From Octopus sinensis (Eukaryota): 64,000 nt of DNA. Location of the stretch: contig NC_042997.1 in the NCBI RefSeq assembly GCF_006345805.1, positions 138,508,001 to 138,572,000 of the forward strand, written 5' to 3'. The notes below the pieces were generated by a model, which made no database searches, had not been told where the DNA came from, and saw only the letters and a list, made by a program, of their open reading frames with translations. The position numbers and the translations under genes were made by a program. Below are positions 13,269 to 26,577 of the stretch, piece by piece; positions within the stretch are counted from its first letter, which is position 1, and every line of letters starts with the position of its first letter.

Positions 13269-13484
13269 TCCTTTTGTACCTGAAACTGACCCAAGCACAT
13301 CAGATACAAACATCCAGTTTTTAAGCCATCAAACTTGAAACCTTACCTCCAAATTTCATGTTTATCTATGATGAAAATACTACCTTAATACCTTAATGGT
13401 GATAAATTTAATATGCCTTCATTATTTTCAAAATTAATTGAAATAAATGCAGTATGTTTCAATTAAAATATGGTAACGAAAGGG
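13269..13484. mobile_element. Degenerate piggyBac-type MITE (second family)
   Basis: The ends TCCTTTTGTACC and GGTAACGAAAGGG form an imperfect terminal inverted repeat of the CCCTTT type. Confidence 0.45.
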
Positions 13485-13571
13485 TTGCACAAAGTTATAA
13501 ACATATACAATGCCATCCGATCGACAGTGTTTAAACTGGAAACTATAGAGCTGTACATATTTGCACTTCAG

Positions 13572-13788
13572 GCGGCGAGCTGGTAGAAACGTTAGCATGC
13601 TGGGCGAAATGCTTAGCCGTATTTCTGAGTTCAAATTCCGCCGAGGTCGACTTTGCCTTTCATCCTTTCGGGGTCGGTTAAATAAGTACCAATTACGCAC
13701 TGGGGTCGTAATAATCGACTTAATCCGTTTGTCGGTCCTTGTTTGTCCCCTCTGAGTTTAGCCCCTTGTGGGTAGTAAAGAAATAGGT
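13572..13788 (+). mobile_element. SINE family D with 15-bp target-site duplication
   Basis: tRNA-like head (GCGGCGAGCTGGTAGAAACG...GAGTTCAAATTCC) and central GCCTTTCATCCTTTCGGGGTCGGTTAAATAAGTACC domain (resembles the widespread 'Meta' SINE domain, from memory). ATATTTGCACTTCAG occurs at both 13557-13571 and 13789-13803. Confidence 0.92.
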
Positions 13789-14416
13789 ATATTTGCACTT
13801 CAGATGTGTCAGAGCCCCAAACAAGGTAAGACAGCCCACCCAAAACAACCCATTTTTAAAAATCGTTTTTTTTTTTGGTTTGTTTAAATGCTTTATAAAG
13901 TGGAATAAAGTTTAAGAAGAAATAAAAATGGAAAGAAAAGGAAAATGAGTGAAAATTATATTCAGTTATAATTAAATATCAAGGATGAAAGTTACAATTA
14001 TTGGATGCTATAAGCAAATGTGTGTGTGAGTGTGTAGATTGTTCACTAGGTCATTATTCTGGGTTTCTTGGTTGTGTGCATTTTGTTCAAGCAACAATAA
14101 CTGGATATCTGTTGCCTCAGTAAAATGCATGCAAACAAGAAACTTAGGTGGCAGTGGGAATCATGAACTTTGAATGAATAAGAAAACTCTAACCTATTAT
14201 ATATGTATTCATCACTTTTGCTCCTGCATGCACAACTAGTGTGTGTGTTTAACTGTTTAGCATTTAAACTTGTCATATTTGGCCCCAATTTTCTATTTGT
14301 TTTATGTTCAAAACAAGCCAGATCCAACCTCTCACTCCTACCCTGCAGTGTCATTGTAGGGTAGATGTGAAAAACCTTGAAGCTACAAGAAAAGGCTAAA
14401 GTGTTTTATACATAAG

Positions 14417-14563
14417 GGCATGAATGGTATGGTAGAAAGTTTTGTTTTCTAACTACATGGTTCAGGGTTCAGTCCCACTGCACAGCATGTTGTGCAAGTG
14501 TCATCTACTATAACATCAGACCAACCAAAGCCTTGTGAATGGAAGAAGTGTGTTATGCATGTA

Positions 14564-14599
<36 letters not shown>

Positions 14600-14760
14600 T
14601 CCCCTACCACTGCTTGACAACTGGTGTTGGTGTGTTTACATTCTCATTATTTAGCTTTTCAGCAAAAGGGAGTGATAAAATAAGTACCAGGATTTAAAAA
14701 AAAATAACCTCTTCAAAGAGGTGCCCCAGCATGGCCACAGTCCAATGACTGAAACAAGAT
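14417..14760 (+). mobile_element. SINE family A, diverged copy
   Basis: Head, CCAAAGCCTTGTGA core, internal (GT)n and CCCCAGCATGGCCACAGTCCAATGACTGAAACAAG tail. Confidence 0.85.
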
Positions 14761-15058
14761 ATATGTATGTATAAATGAATATATATATATAATGTGTCAG
14801 ACTTATGCCTAATTTTTAGTCGTAAAATTTAAGCCATAGGAATAATTCAACATGTACTGTTCTACATCAAACAAAAAAAAACAAACAAACAAGCAAACAA
14901 AAAATACAGAAAAAGTAAAATAAATGAAGATGTCATTGATGAAAAAGTGCACCTGAAGTGATGTGGGTTTATTTGTCATCAATAACAATGGAAAGAAAGG
15001 TAGGCAGTAAGTTTCTCAACAGGTTGATAAACAAGGAATAAGAGTGGCATTGCAGTAT

Positions 15059-15281
15059 TTTCATTGAGAGACTACTCTACCAGAGTGGTGGAATATGTTC
15101 ATTGAGAGAATACTCCACCGGAGTGGTGGAGCATGTTCATTGAGAGAATACTCCACTGGAGTGGTGGAGCATGTTCATTGAGAGAATACTCCACCGGAGT
15201 GGTGGAGCATGTTCATTGAGAGAATACTCCACCGGAGTGGTGGAGCATGTTCATTGAGAGAATACTCCACCATAGTGGAGG
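15059..15281. repeat. 38-bp tandem repeat, ~5.8 units, with an internal hairpin in each unit
   Basis: Unit GTTCATTGAGAGAATACTCCACCGGAGTGGTGGAGCAT. TCATTGAGAG starts at 15061, 15099, 15137, 15175, 15213 and 15251. Confidence 0.98.
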
Positions 15282-15774
15282 CCAGCTATAAACATTAAAT
15301 AAATGAATGTTGGTATATATTATGACGGTTGATATTGTAATAAAATTGGATGGGAACTACAGTTCAACCAGGCAGATGAAAATGCTTTAGAAAACTTATC
15401 CTGGTTTCTTGCTTTGTATGAAAAGTAGACTGAATGAGTTATATTTATATGTAACATTGTATTGGTATGAAGGTGCTTAGGGTACTGCATTCTCAATAGA
15501 ATAAGTACTGGACTTAAAAAAGACAATTCATTCAGCTAAACTCTTCAAGGTGTTGACCCAGCATTGCCACTGTCCATTGACTGAAACAAGTATAAGATTA
15601 GATAGATAGATATAAGGCTGGTAGGGGCATCTTGAGGAAGAAATTGAGCAAGAGGCTCAATTCTGCACAAAGATGAGATTTTCTGACTGAACATGAAAAA
15701 TCCATTTTCTGTGAAATTAATTCTTAAATTGAAAAAATTACCTTCTCTTTCAAAGCCACTAACAATACATACGT

Positions 15775-16060
15775 TACCAACGTCGCTTCACTGGCACCTG
15801 TGCTGGTGGCATGTGTAAAAGGATTCGAGCGAGGTCATTGCCAGTACCGCCTGACTGGCCCCTATGCCGGTGGCATGTAAAAAGCACCCGCTACACTCTC
15901 GGAGTGGTTGGCGTTAGGAAGGGCATCCAGCTGTAGAAACTCTGCCAGATCAAGACTGGAGTCTGGTGCAGCCATCTGGTTCGCCAGCCCTCATTTAAAA
16001 ATCGTCCAACCCATGCTAGCATGGAAAGCAGACGTTAAATAATGATGATGATGATGATGA
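15775..16060 (+). mobile_element. Retroposon family B with (GAT)n tail
   Basis: GGAGTGGTTGGCGTTAGGAAGGGCATCCAGCTGTAGAAAC...CCAACCCATGCTAGCATGGAAAGCAGACGTTAAAT followed by (GAT)n. Homologues at about 21385-21590(-), 28985-29240(-), 29855-30030(-), 36610-36988(+), 39480-39775(+), 43740-43925(+), 54680-54900(-) and 55040-55195(-). Confidence 0.85.
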
Positions 16061-16095
16061 TATATGTTTGTGTGTACTCACGCACCATTGCTCAA

Positions 16096-16315
16096 CCCTT
16101 TAGCATTCAGATTACTCTGTCAAATGTAATGCTTATTTATTTGCATTATTTTGAATTGATCATGTAGTATCTTACAGCTTCAGGATTTCAGTAATGTTAT
16201 TTGTTTACTTTTAGAATTAGTGTATGGTTGATAGGAAAGGTTGGATTTGGCTAGTTTAAACATAAAACACGTAGAATATTTGGGCCGGATTATGGTCAGT
16301 TTGAATGGCAAAGGG
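16096..16315. mobile_element. piggyBac-type MITE
   Basis: TIRs CCCTTTAGCATT / AATGGCAAAGGG, flanked by TCAA and TTGA (decayed TTAA). Homologous copies at 20867, 25068 and 30464. Confidence 0.8.
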
Positions 16316-18408
16316 TTGATGCTACCCTTTTTTCATTAAACATGTGGTCATATATTCATGTTACATCGAAACTGTTACATATTTTCAATATGCTTGTCAT
16401 AGCTAAATTTTTCCAGGGAAATAACTTAAGTGGGCCAGTGGCATGATTTCAGATAACTCAGGTAGGTGGTGATGTACTGAATTATGTATATATAACAAAA
16501 AAAATCCACCATGAGTTGATATTTTCTCCCATCTAGAAGAAAGATATCCCAATTTACCTTGTAAAGATTGTTAGCAGCTCTCCAAGAGGAGATAATGTTT
16601 TTTGTTAAAAATCAACAATTAATTTCACAGAAAACTGAATTTTCATAGTTACTGCGAAAAAAATCTGATCTTTATTGATAGGTAATGTGACAGCTACAGT
16701 TGTGTCAGATGGCACATGGGTACTGCTGGTAACATGTAGTCTATTACAACTTGCTGCATAGATCAGCAATGACTAAAGCAGGTACCCCACTCTGCCAGGC
16801 TTGCCTGTGAAGAGGGTTGCTAGAAATGCAGGATAAAAACACTACTCGTCAAAAGAATATATGAACCCCATCATTGGAGTCAATTACTCTTAAACCACAG
16901 TATAGGAACTTAGGACATTTGAAATAGTAACCACAAGTGTAATGGGTAGAACTGTTTACACGTCTGACTTTGTGCGGACGTCCTAGTATGCAGTCCTGCA
17001 AATTATATTCATCTAGATGGCCGCACTGATGATCTACGTACATTTATGTAAGTAAAATTATGTAATATGTTAATAGTGAAACATGTATGCGAATAATCCA
17101 TATTTTTATTGCTTGATTACGTTTTGGTTGTTTTGCTAAATTTTTCTTGAGAACATTTCTTAGTGGTAAGACCATAGCGGATCTATTTCTAGCATAAGGG
17201 TGTCCACATAGTGCTTTTCCTCTAATATGTATATAATACAATTTTACTGAACCTTCAGTTTTTTTATATGCTAAACCTCTGGTGTGAAATTGATGTTAAT
17301 TAAATTAATATCTAATTTCTCACCCTCATTTTAAATTTAAATATATATATATATATATGTATGTATGTATGTATATCACCTTGGTTACCTTAACCGACCA
17401 GTCCGTTGGGCGTCAATTTGACACCATATATAATGAATATATATATATGTTTTCCAGGTACCAAATATAATCAGAAGGCCTTGGTCGACCTGAAGCAATA
17501 GGAGAAAACACTTGCCCAAGGAGCCATGCTGTGGGACCAAACCCAGAAGTATGTGTTTATGCACACACACACACACACACACACAGGGAGTGAAGTAGCT
17601 ATGAAAGCCATGTATACACATATAGATGTGGAGCGGAGAAGTTATGAAAGCCATGCACATGCATATTGTATGGATTTGGAGCGAAGCAGTTTGAAAAACA
17701 TATTCTGTGTGCAATCACATATACACATGTACATGCAGTACATGTGTACAGCTGCCATGCCCTGCAATTTCTTAATCAGTTGGTAATATTGGTTATAAAA
17801 TATGAAACATTGGTGAGTAATTTTCTGGGTGACATAACTGCTAATGCTGCTGTTAGCGATGTCAGGGGTGTGGGTGTTGTGGCTGGATAGTGTAGTAAGA
17901 GAGTGGAAGTGTGTGTGTGGCAGGAGAGAGAGAGAAAGAGAGAATAGTGTAGTAATGGTAGAGTTTGCAATGACAGTGATGTTTGCAGTGGTGGTATTGA
18001 TGATGATGATGATGATGGTTGGGTGTTGTAGTAATGATATTAGCTATAGTAACATTATCATCACCATCACTAATACCATCACCAATAGCAACAGAAACAT
18101 CAGTGAAATTCCTGCAAGAAGCCACATTACTGACACAGACAGACATGACTAACTGACAAGTGGAGTTAATGCAGGAAGCCAGTATAGTCTCTTACCTCCT
18201 TTGTTTGTTTGTTTGTGTGTTTGTCTCTCTCCCTTCCTCCCTCCACACACACACGCATACACATGCATGCATACATTCACATGAACAAAAACGACCAATA
18301 GATGGGGAATGGGGGGTCCTTGAAAGCAGGTAAAACATTCTAAGCTAAGAGATAGACAAAATACATTTATTTAATGAATGGATATATATATATATATATA
18401 TATATATA

Positions 18409-18816
18409 TTCTTTTACTCTTTTACTTGTTTCAGCCATTTGACTGTGGTCATGCTGGAGCACCGCCTTTAGTCGAGCAAATCGACTCCCGGACTTATTTT
18501 TTGTGAGCCAAGTACTTATTCTATTGGTCTCTTTTGCCGAACTGCTAAGTTTTGGCGATGTAAGCACACCAGCATCGGTTGTCAAGCAATGTTGGGGGGA
18601 CAAACACAGACACACAAACATATACACACACACATATATATATACATATATACGACAGGCTTCTTTCAGTTTCCGTCTACCAAATCAACTCACAAGGCTT
18701 TGGTCGACCCGAGGCTATAGTAGAAGACACTTGCCCAAGGTGCCACGCAGTGGGACTGAACCTGGAACCATGTGGTTGGTAAAGAAGCTACTTACCACAC
18801 AGCCACTCCTATGCCT
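18409..18816 (-). mobile_element. SINE family A, full length
   Basis: Complete head (A/B-box-like), CCTTGGGCAAGTG core (CORE-SINE-like), internal microsatellite and (AAAGAGT)n-type tail. A second 3' fragment follows at 18828-19020. Confidence 0.92.
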
Positions 18817-19540
18817 ATATATATATATTCTTTATTTCACTTGTTCTAGTCATTTGACTGTAGCCATGCTGGAGCACCACCTTAACGAGTTAATCAACCT
18901 CAAAACTTACTCTTTGTAAGCCAACTACTTATTCTATCAGTCTCTTTTGCTGAACCGCTAAGTTACAGGGGATGTAAACACACTAATATTGGTTGTCAAG
19001 TGATGGTGGGGAGGACAAACACAGATACAAAAAAGCTCACACATAAATATATACATACATATACACACACACACACACACATATATATCTGTGTGTGTGT
19101 ATGTGTGTGGGTGGGTCTCTGTTGTAGCTGGAACAAGGAAGATATGTTTTTGTATGTCTCCTGTCTTAGCTTGATTTACGTGTTCGCCACCACAACCTTG
19201 TTTGTGTTTGTGTTAGCAATTTTGACCCTCCACAAAATCCCAAATCTTATTTAATTTGCTTTGCGGGAGCAACTGTTTTATAAAAAGTGCATATTGTTGT
19301 TAAATGCTTGAAATATGAGACTAGAAAAACAGCCAACAACTGATGAAGGATCGTTCTTTATGTTGTCTGTTTTGTTTTCCATTTGTGTCCTTTGTTGTTT
19401 AAAAGAATAGTTCATATTCCATGTACTCATGCTTCATATTTTTTTGTTGTACACATTTCATGACATTCAGTGCCCACATCTGCATATATGTATAGATGTA
19501 AGTATGTACATATACGTATGCATATATGCATATATATATA

Positions 19541-19596
<56 letters not shown>

Positions 19597-19680
19597 GCTA
19601 TATATATATATGCATATATATATATATATATATATATATAAGTATGTACATATACGTATGCATATATGCATATATATATA

Positions 19681-19743
<63 letters not shown>

Positions 19744-19933
19744 GATGGGTTCCTTTCAGTTTGTGTCTAGCAAATCCACTCACAAAGCTTTGTTTGGCCT
19801 GAGGTTGTAATAGAAGACACTTGCCCACATAGTAAGACTGAACCCAGAACTATGTGGCTGGGAAGCAAGCTTCTTACCACACAGCCATGATTGTGTATAT
19901 ATACATATTATATATATATATGTCTATCGGTTG

Positions 19934-19970
<37 letters not shown>

Positions 19971-19974
19971 TACA

Positions 19975-20784
19975 CAGGGTGTGATGGGTAAATTGTTGCC
20001 ATTTTATATTTTTATTTCACGCATTGTTTTTCATTTTCGACTGCACAGCATGGTGGGGTCGGTTGGGCACTGTTTGTGAGAAAAAGAGCACTATGATGCA
20101 ATTCACTGTGCCAGAAATTTGGAAACAATATGCTGTACTTCTTGGCATTTGCACTGGAAGCTCCAATACAAACAGTTTAGAGTGTTTGGGTTTCAAACTG
20201 AGGAGATATACCAAGTGTGATAAAAATTAAATATCCAGTCAACATCATAGTGTTTGGTGTGATCACTAGTGATGGTGATGTTATGCCTCCATTCATCTCC
20301 CCACATAGACTCACACTCATCACAGAGGCCTAACAGCAAGTGACTAGAGGAGGTAGTGTTGCCCTGGGTCAAGAGGGTGGTTGCTGGAAGACCCTATGTC
20401 TGGCAACAGGACTCTACACCATGCCACACAAGCAGGAGAACCCAGTCATGACTGTCAGACAATTTTTGTGACCACAACATCTGGCCACCTAACTCCTCAG
20501 ACTGCAACCCTCTTGATTATTATGTGTGGGGCACAGTTGAGTGAAAGACCAACAAAATTCCTTCTAGCAGCAAAGATGAACTGACTTAAACAAGGAGACC
20601 CTCACCAACTTAAACAAGGAGACTGTCTAGAAGAGTCACAGGAGATTCCAAAGTTGTTTGGAGGTTGTGGTTGAAGCCAATGGGGGTCTTAATGAATAAA
20701 TTTACTCTTTAGTATTTCAGGATATATGTAATTTTGGTAAATATATCTGTTAAAATGAGATGTCAGTTTATTCACTGTACCCTG
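19975..20784 (+). mobile_element. Internally deleted Tc1/mariner-superfamily transposon (maT/DD37D-like), dead transposase
   Basis: Termini CAGGGTG... and ...ACCCTG followed by TA. Remnant peptides KYPVNIIVFGVITSDGDVMPPF and LEEVVLPWVKRVVAGRPYVWQQDSTPCHTSRRTQS*LSDNFCDHNIWPPNSSDCNPLDYYVWG at about 20230-20545, with a stop and frameshifts. The observed D-D spacing is 34, so DD37D assignment assumes a 3-codon deletion. Confidence 0.85.
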
Positions 20785-20866
20785 TATATATGTGTATATA
20801 TATTTATATATATACATACCCATCATGACAACCCACACACCAATGAGTATCTCCTTGGTATTTTAA

Positions 20867-21086
20867 CACTTTATCATTCAGATTTCTTTATGAAATGTAA
20901 TTTTTATTTATTCACCTTGTTTGGAATTAATCAAGCATTATCTTGTAGCTTCAAGGTGTCAATGGTGTATTAGCATATCTTTATAATGACGTAGGATAGG
21001 CACAGAATGTTAGATCTGGTCAGTTTTAGCATAATAAAACAGGTAGAATATTTACATTGGATGTGGCTGGATCGAATGCTAGAGGG
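20867..21086. mobile_element. piggyBac-type MITE, diverged
   Basis: TTAA at 20863-20866; homologous to 16096-16315; ends AATGCTAGAGGG. Confidence 0.7.
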
Positions 21087-23076
21087 TTAGACATATGAAG
21101 CTGTATGAATGAACAAAAATCAAGACATGGATTTCTGTGTAATTGATCACTGAGATGAATCTCACCCTTCCATCTGTTGGAAAGTATTTAGCAAATCCTC
21201 TGGGATGGGATCTACACGAGATAAACAACCATCTTAAATAGAGAAATTTAACTTTGGTTAGCTTAATGCAGTGAAATCAGAACAAACCACCAACCTTTAA
21301 AAGGCCCTAACAACTTATATTTTTTTCATAAGGTATTTACAAGGACAATAGTACAACACAATGCTTATCAACTTCATTTAAAGCCTACTTTTCCATGCTT
21401 GCATGGATCAGACGAAATTTGTTGGGGTAGATTTCCTATAGCTGGATGCCATTTGTTGCCAACTATTACCTGTTTTCAAGCTAAGTATCTTTTTCTCATA
21501 GCTAGACACTTCTTTCATGGAAGAGTGAAAATAAACAACCTTACTCGTATGATGATGGTGCCCATTTAGAACAGTCATGGTAGACACACACACACACACA
21601 CACACACATACACATGCAGGAAATGGCATTGGACATTTTGGTGACCTTCTGCTTTTGCATTAAGTCATGGAGCAACTATATTCATGAGCATGCAAACCAT
21701 ACCAGTACTCAACACCTTGCCTCAGCTTGTCTCTGGATCATATCAATATGGTGAAAAGGGTCTATGAGGTGTCGAGCAAGACTTATTGGAACTGGAATTT
21801 TGCACAGGCATTGACACTTGAGTGCACTATGTTCTTAATTGCTACTGATGGCCTTCCTCAATCACAAGTGGACAGCCATCACATATATGTCTGTGTGTGT
21901 GTGTTTGTGTGATGAGCTTCTTTCAGTTTTTCAGTTTCCATCTACCAAATCTATTCACAAGGTTTTGGTCGGCCCAGGGGTATAGTATGAGACATTTGCC
22001 CAAGGTGCTACACAGTGGGACTGAACCTGAAACCATGTGGTTGGGAAACAAATGCCTTATCATCTAGTCATGCCTGCACCTATATGTTGGCTTCCTCTTT
22101 AAATGTACCAAGGTTATCACACTGTTCTCACACTGGTACCATTTTTCACACAGTTCTGTTTGCTAGTATACATATTTCTTTACTACCCACAAAGGGCTAC
22201 ACACAGAGGGGACAAACAATTTGCTAGTATACAGTTGAACCCTTGCTATCACTGTTATTAATTACACTGTCCTAGCATTGCTTTGGAAAACAAGTTTGTG
22301 CTTCTCTTCTCAGAGAAATTTCCAAGAAGACTTTCCAATACTTGTGTGCATACGCTTTTAAAATAGATAGATAGAAACAAACAGAATGAATGCTGCAGAA
22401 GTATCCAATTAGTGTCAATGAAGATGTCAGAAATCAATGTTGACAGCGACAGTGACAATAACAACCATAATAATAATGCTAGTGAGAATGATAATGATGA
22501 TGATTGTGTCGATCCTCACAATGAGCAATGACAATTCCATATTCTATAGTGATATCTTAACACATAAAGTGTCTGTCTGAAATCATCAAATAAACACTGA
22601 TATTGATATAGAATATAAAGTCTGAAAAGTAGTAAAAGGAGTGAATTTGAAGTATATATTAAGAAAAAGAGAAAATGGAAAACAAATTATTTTAAATGGG
22701 CCAATAAGTGGCATCCCAATGTGGTCCCTCGACTTGCTAAAAATAGCAAGTGAATTTATGTTATATCACTTTGTATCATCCGTGTATAATCATTAGCTAT
22801 GTGTATTTATTTGCTGTTATAGTAAGGAAGTAAAATCAAAGTGAGAGGAAAGATGATGTGTTTGTTTGTCCTACGTGACTGGAGTAGTAAACAGAAAAAA
22901 AAATTAAAAGGGGTGAAACAATTAAATGAGAGTGGGTTGCAGTAAGAGGTGTAAAAACAATCAGAGTGGCAGAAAATACCTTTGTAGAGTAATTTATAAT
23001 TTAACAAGGGGACACAAATTATCTTTGTTATATATGCATGTTCACGCACATATGCATGTTTATGTATGTATATAAA

Positions 23077-23400
23077 TAGGCATGGTTATGTGGTAAGAAG
23101 TTCGCTTCACAACCACATGGTTCTGGGATCAGTTCCACAGTGTGGCAACCTTGGGCTGACTAAAGTCTTGTGAGTGGATTTGGTACATGGAAACTGTAAG
23201 AAATTTTCAGTATACATGTGTGTGTGTCTTTGTTTGTTCCCCACCACCATTTGACAACTGGTGTTGATGTGTTTCCATCTCTATAATTTAGCAGTTAAAA
23301 AAAACAACAAAAAACAGACAGAATAGTACTAAGCTTAGGTTGCTCATCTGATTAAATTATTTGAGGCAGTGTTCTAGCATGGCAACAGTCTAATAGCTAA
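23077..23400 (+). mobile_element. SINE family A, diverged copy
   Basis: Head GGCATGGTTATGTGGTAAGAAG...AACCACATGGTTC, core, (GT)n and degenerate tail. Confidence 0.8.
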
Positions 23401-25067
23401 AGGCACAAAATTGTAATAATCTTTTGGACGTTGACTGATGAAGAATTAGCTACAAATTTTCTGTTTGCTATGTTTTTGTGAAATTTTCCGTTTGTTGTGT
23501 TTTTGTTAAAAATCCATAAATCAGAAAAACTATGCACTCGTATATTTTCAATAGAGTCACCATATTTTTTCCATACCTACCAATGCTGAAGAGCCCACGG
23601 TGTTAGTTAACTGACCTGTTATTTGATATCCAGTTATCTAATACTTAGTGAGAAACAAATTGGTAACATTGACTGAAATATATACATACTTTTTCTACTG
23701 AAAGCCATTTTCACTAATCAATGAAAATATGGTAATTTCTAATAGTAAGGGTACACTAGTCTGGAATAATAAAAAAAGCACAATTGGGTGGGAGATACAT
23801 TGGATAGTGTCTTCTTTGATATACAAAGGAAGTGGATGCTCAATGCTCATGGTTGGGGCAATTATGAATCAATGTTCAACAATGATCTGAATCTCAACAA
23901 CAGAACAGAAAAAAGTCCAGAAATCTAACCAGAAATGTAAGTACAATACTTCATCAAAAGCTAAAACCATATTTTTCTTGTTGGGATGGCCTGTCTGAAT
24001 TCTTTGTACCATTATCTCAAAAGACTTGAATAGGTATATTACCATCTTGAATGTGACATTTATTGCATTTGAGCCTCACATGCAGTGCTAGAAACATTTC
24101 TGATTAGAGAGCAACAACTCTTCACAGAGAGACTCATCAATTCACAGTGAAAAACTCTTGACTGACTAACTCTGAACAAATCTTGCTTATCGCATGGTAA
24201 TCACCTCAACAATCTACAGTATTTTAGCCACCAGTAGTAAGCCATCTGTCTTTATGCCTGCTCCCATGCAGCTGGAGGCAAGAATTCTGTGGCATCTGAT
24301 CAACATAGTAACAACAACAACAGCAACAACAACCTCCTGTCATTACATCAGCTGCTGTTCATTGTATCATGTTGTTTTGCCATGTTGTTTATTTCTTTTT
24401 CTTTTTTACATTTGTTTTTTTTTGTTATTGTTAGTTTTTTGCAACTGAGAGTAAGAGCTTTGATATTCCTTGCAGCTGTCTTCCTTTGGCATATGACTAG
24501 TTGCTGTTTAATGCAGAGTTCAGTATTTAATAGACAAGAGCATTTTTTCCTTTTTTTTTATTATTTTTATTTCAGAAGTCATTGACTTCCAGATTACACA
24601 GAAAACTCAACTTTTATTATCAGAACTGTAAAGAAAGTTATATATAAAGAACCGAGAGGTTGACAATATTTTAACTTAATCTAAAATTAGAAGATATATG
24701 ATCCAACAAGGAAAGTCTTTATAACTTGCCTGATCTGCCCAAACAGCAACTAAATCTCCTAAAGATTACACCCAACCATCTTACAAAAAAAAAAAAAAAA
24801 AAAAAAAGTAAAAAATGAAGGATTAGATAATATAGTCCTGGATATACAAAAAGGAATAGTAAAAGCTGGCACACCTTTGATTTGAGGTCTACTCAAAGAT
24901 GGTCAACTTGGGGTATATCAAGTATTCATCTTGGACTATATAAAATTAGGTGGCACTTTCTAATAACCTTCACACCTAATTTTAATCAGAATCACCCAAT
25001 ATATACATGTTTCCCATAGTAATGTGTGTAACTGTAAATGTCTCGTAAGCCCTTGGAGGGCTTTTAG

Positions 25068-25413
25068 CCTTTTAGCATGAAAACTAACCGTTTCCAGCCC
25101 CAAATTTTCTGTTTTATAGTCAAACTAGCCAGATCTGGCCTCTCACACCTACTCAACAATGTCAATGTAAAATTATCCAGTCACATCATTGAAATCTCAC
25201 AAGGCTTTGGTCATCCTGAGGCTATAGTAGAAGACACTTGCCCAAAGTGCCATGCTGTGGAACTGAACCTGGAACCATGTGGTTGGAGAGCAAGCTTCTC
25301 ACCACATGAAACTAGAACTGTTGATACAAAGCTACAAGATAATGCATGATTAATTCAAATCAATGTAAATAAATAAGTATTACATTTGACAGAGTAATCT
25401 GAATGCTAAAGGG
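25068..25413. mobile_element. piggyBac-type MITE carrying an inserted SINE-A head fragment
   Basis: TIRs CCTTTTAGCAT / AATGCTAAAGGG followed by TTAA. An antisense SINE head occupies about 25199-25327. Confidence 0.8.
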
Positions 25414-26577
25414 TTAAGGGCAAGAACTCAGATCTAGTTTCATGGTATTAAGAGATTGAGAGATAAAAATCTCTCTTTGGATAGGGCACTAGACTTATGA
25501 TGACAGATGGATGACATTCTCAGAAGATCAGGTACCTAAGTGGACAGATATAGGATTAATGATGTGCTTAAAATTATGTGTCATGTACAAAATACACAGT
25601 GAAATGCTGGTAATCCAGTATCAATTCCACTCAACTCTTTCACTTCTAGTCTATAATATAAAACATGTATAGGTGTTGAAAGTGTGTGACCTAGTAGTTA
25701 GAATGTAGGGGTTCACAACCATAAAGTTGTGTGTTTAATCCCTGGACTGAGTGGTACATTGTGTCCTTGAGCAAGGCACTTCATTTCCTGTTGCTTCAGT
25801 TGACTCAGCTGAAAAATGAGAACCAGCTTAGTGTTGGTGTAACCCCTTTCCGGGTAGCTGTTCTATCACAGATATACTACTGGATCAAACCAAAAGGTGG
25901 GAATGTCGAGAGAATGTCTGGGAAAACAATTAGCCAAAACATGATATATGTTACCAAGTTATGCTCACTTGCAGATTGATGGGGTTGGCTCGGTTAGATA
26001 TAAAAGTAAGTTATTTTTAAGTACAGTCCAAGTATTGATTTTGATTCCCAGTTGAATTTATTTCACTTGTATTGCAAGAACCCTTGAAAGAGGCACAGGG
26101 CCTGAAATTTAGGACAAGGAAGTTAGTTGATAACATTGTCACTTGTTCTATGTCTCCAGGATAGGGTATTCGATGGGATCCAAACTGAGATATATATGGT
26201 ATGAAGGACAGGTCGTTGCCCATGAAGCATGTTCCCTCTTCTCCATGTGGATCCAAAGGAATAGCATGGCTGCCACAGTCAGAGCAGACCAGTGCCTAAG
26301 AAGCAGTTTCTCAAAACACTGGAATTCCTGAACTAGGGCCCTGCAACTGGATGCAGCTTGAAATTTCTTTCAAGACATTGCCACTAATACTGCCAAATAA
26401 CCTCCTATGGTGGGGCTATTACAGAATGATAAGCATTTACTCGAAAGCTAATCTACAGAAAAATAATGCTTCTTCAATCTCAGGAATTTAGAAGAACTGA
26501 AAAATAAAATTTCAAAGAATACAAAACAATAAATATGAGAAAGAATAAATTTATCTGCAGAAGCACACTAACATGTA

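Noticed and set aside
15059-15281. CRISPR-like appearance of the palindromic 38-bp repeat (also considered for 57547-62101 and 63143-63917)
   Set aside because: No unique spacers in the first, the spacers are microsatellites in the others, there are no cas genes, and the context is eukaryotic.
22424-22531. Acidic peptide MSEINVDSDSDNNNHNNNASENDNDDDC, like a piggyBac transposase N-terminus
   Set aside because: Only 35 codons, largely from AAT/GAT triplet repeats; no catalytic region or second TIR found.
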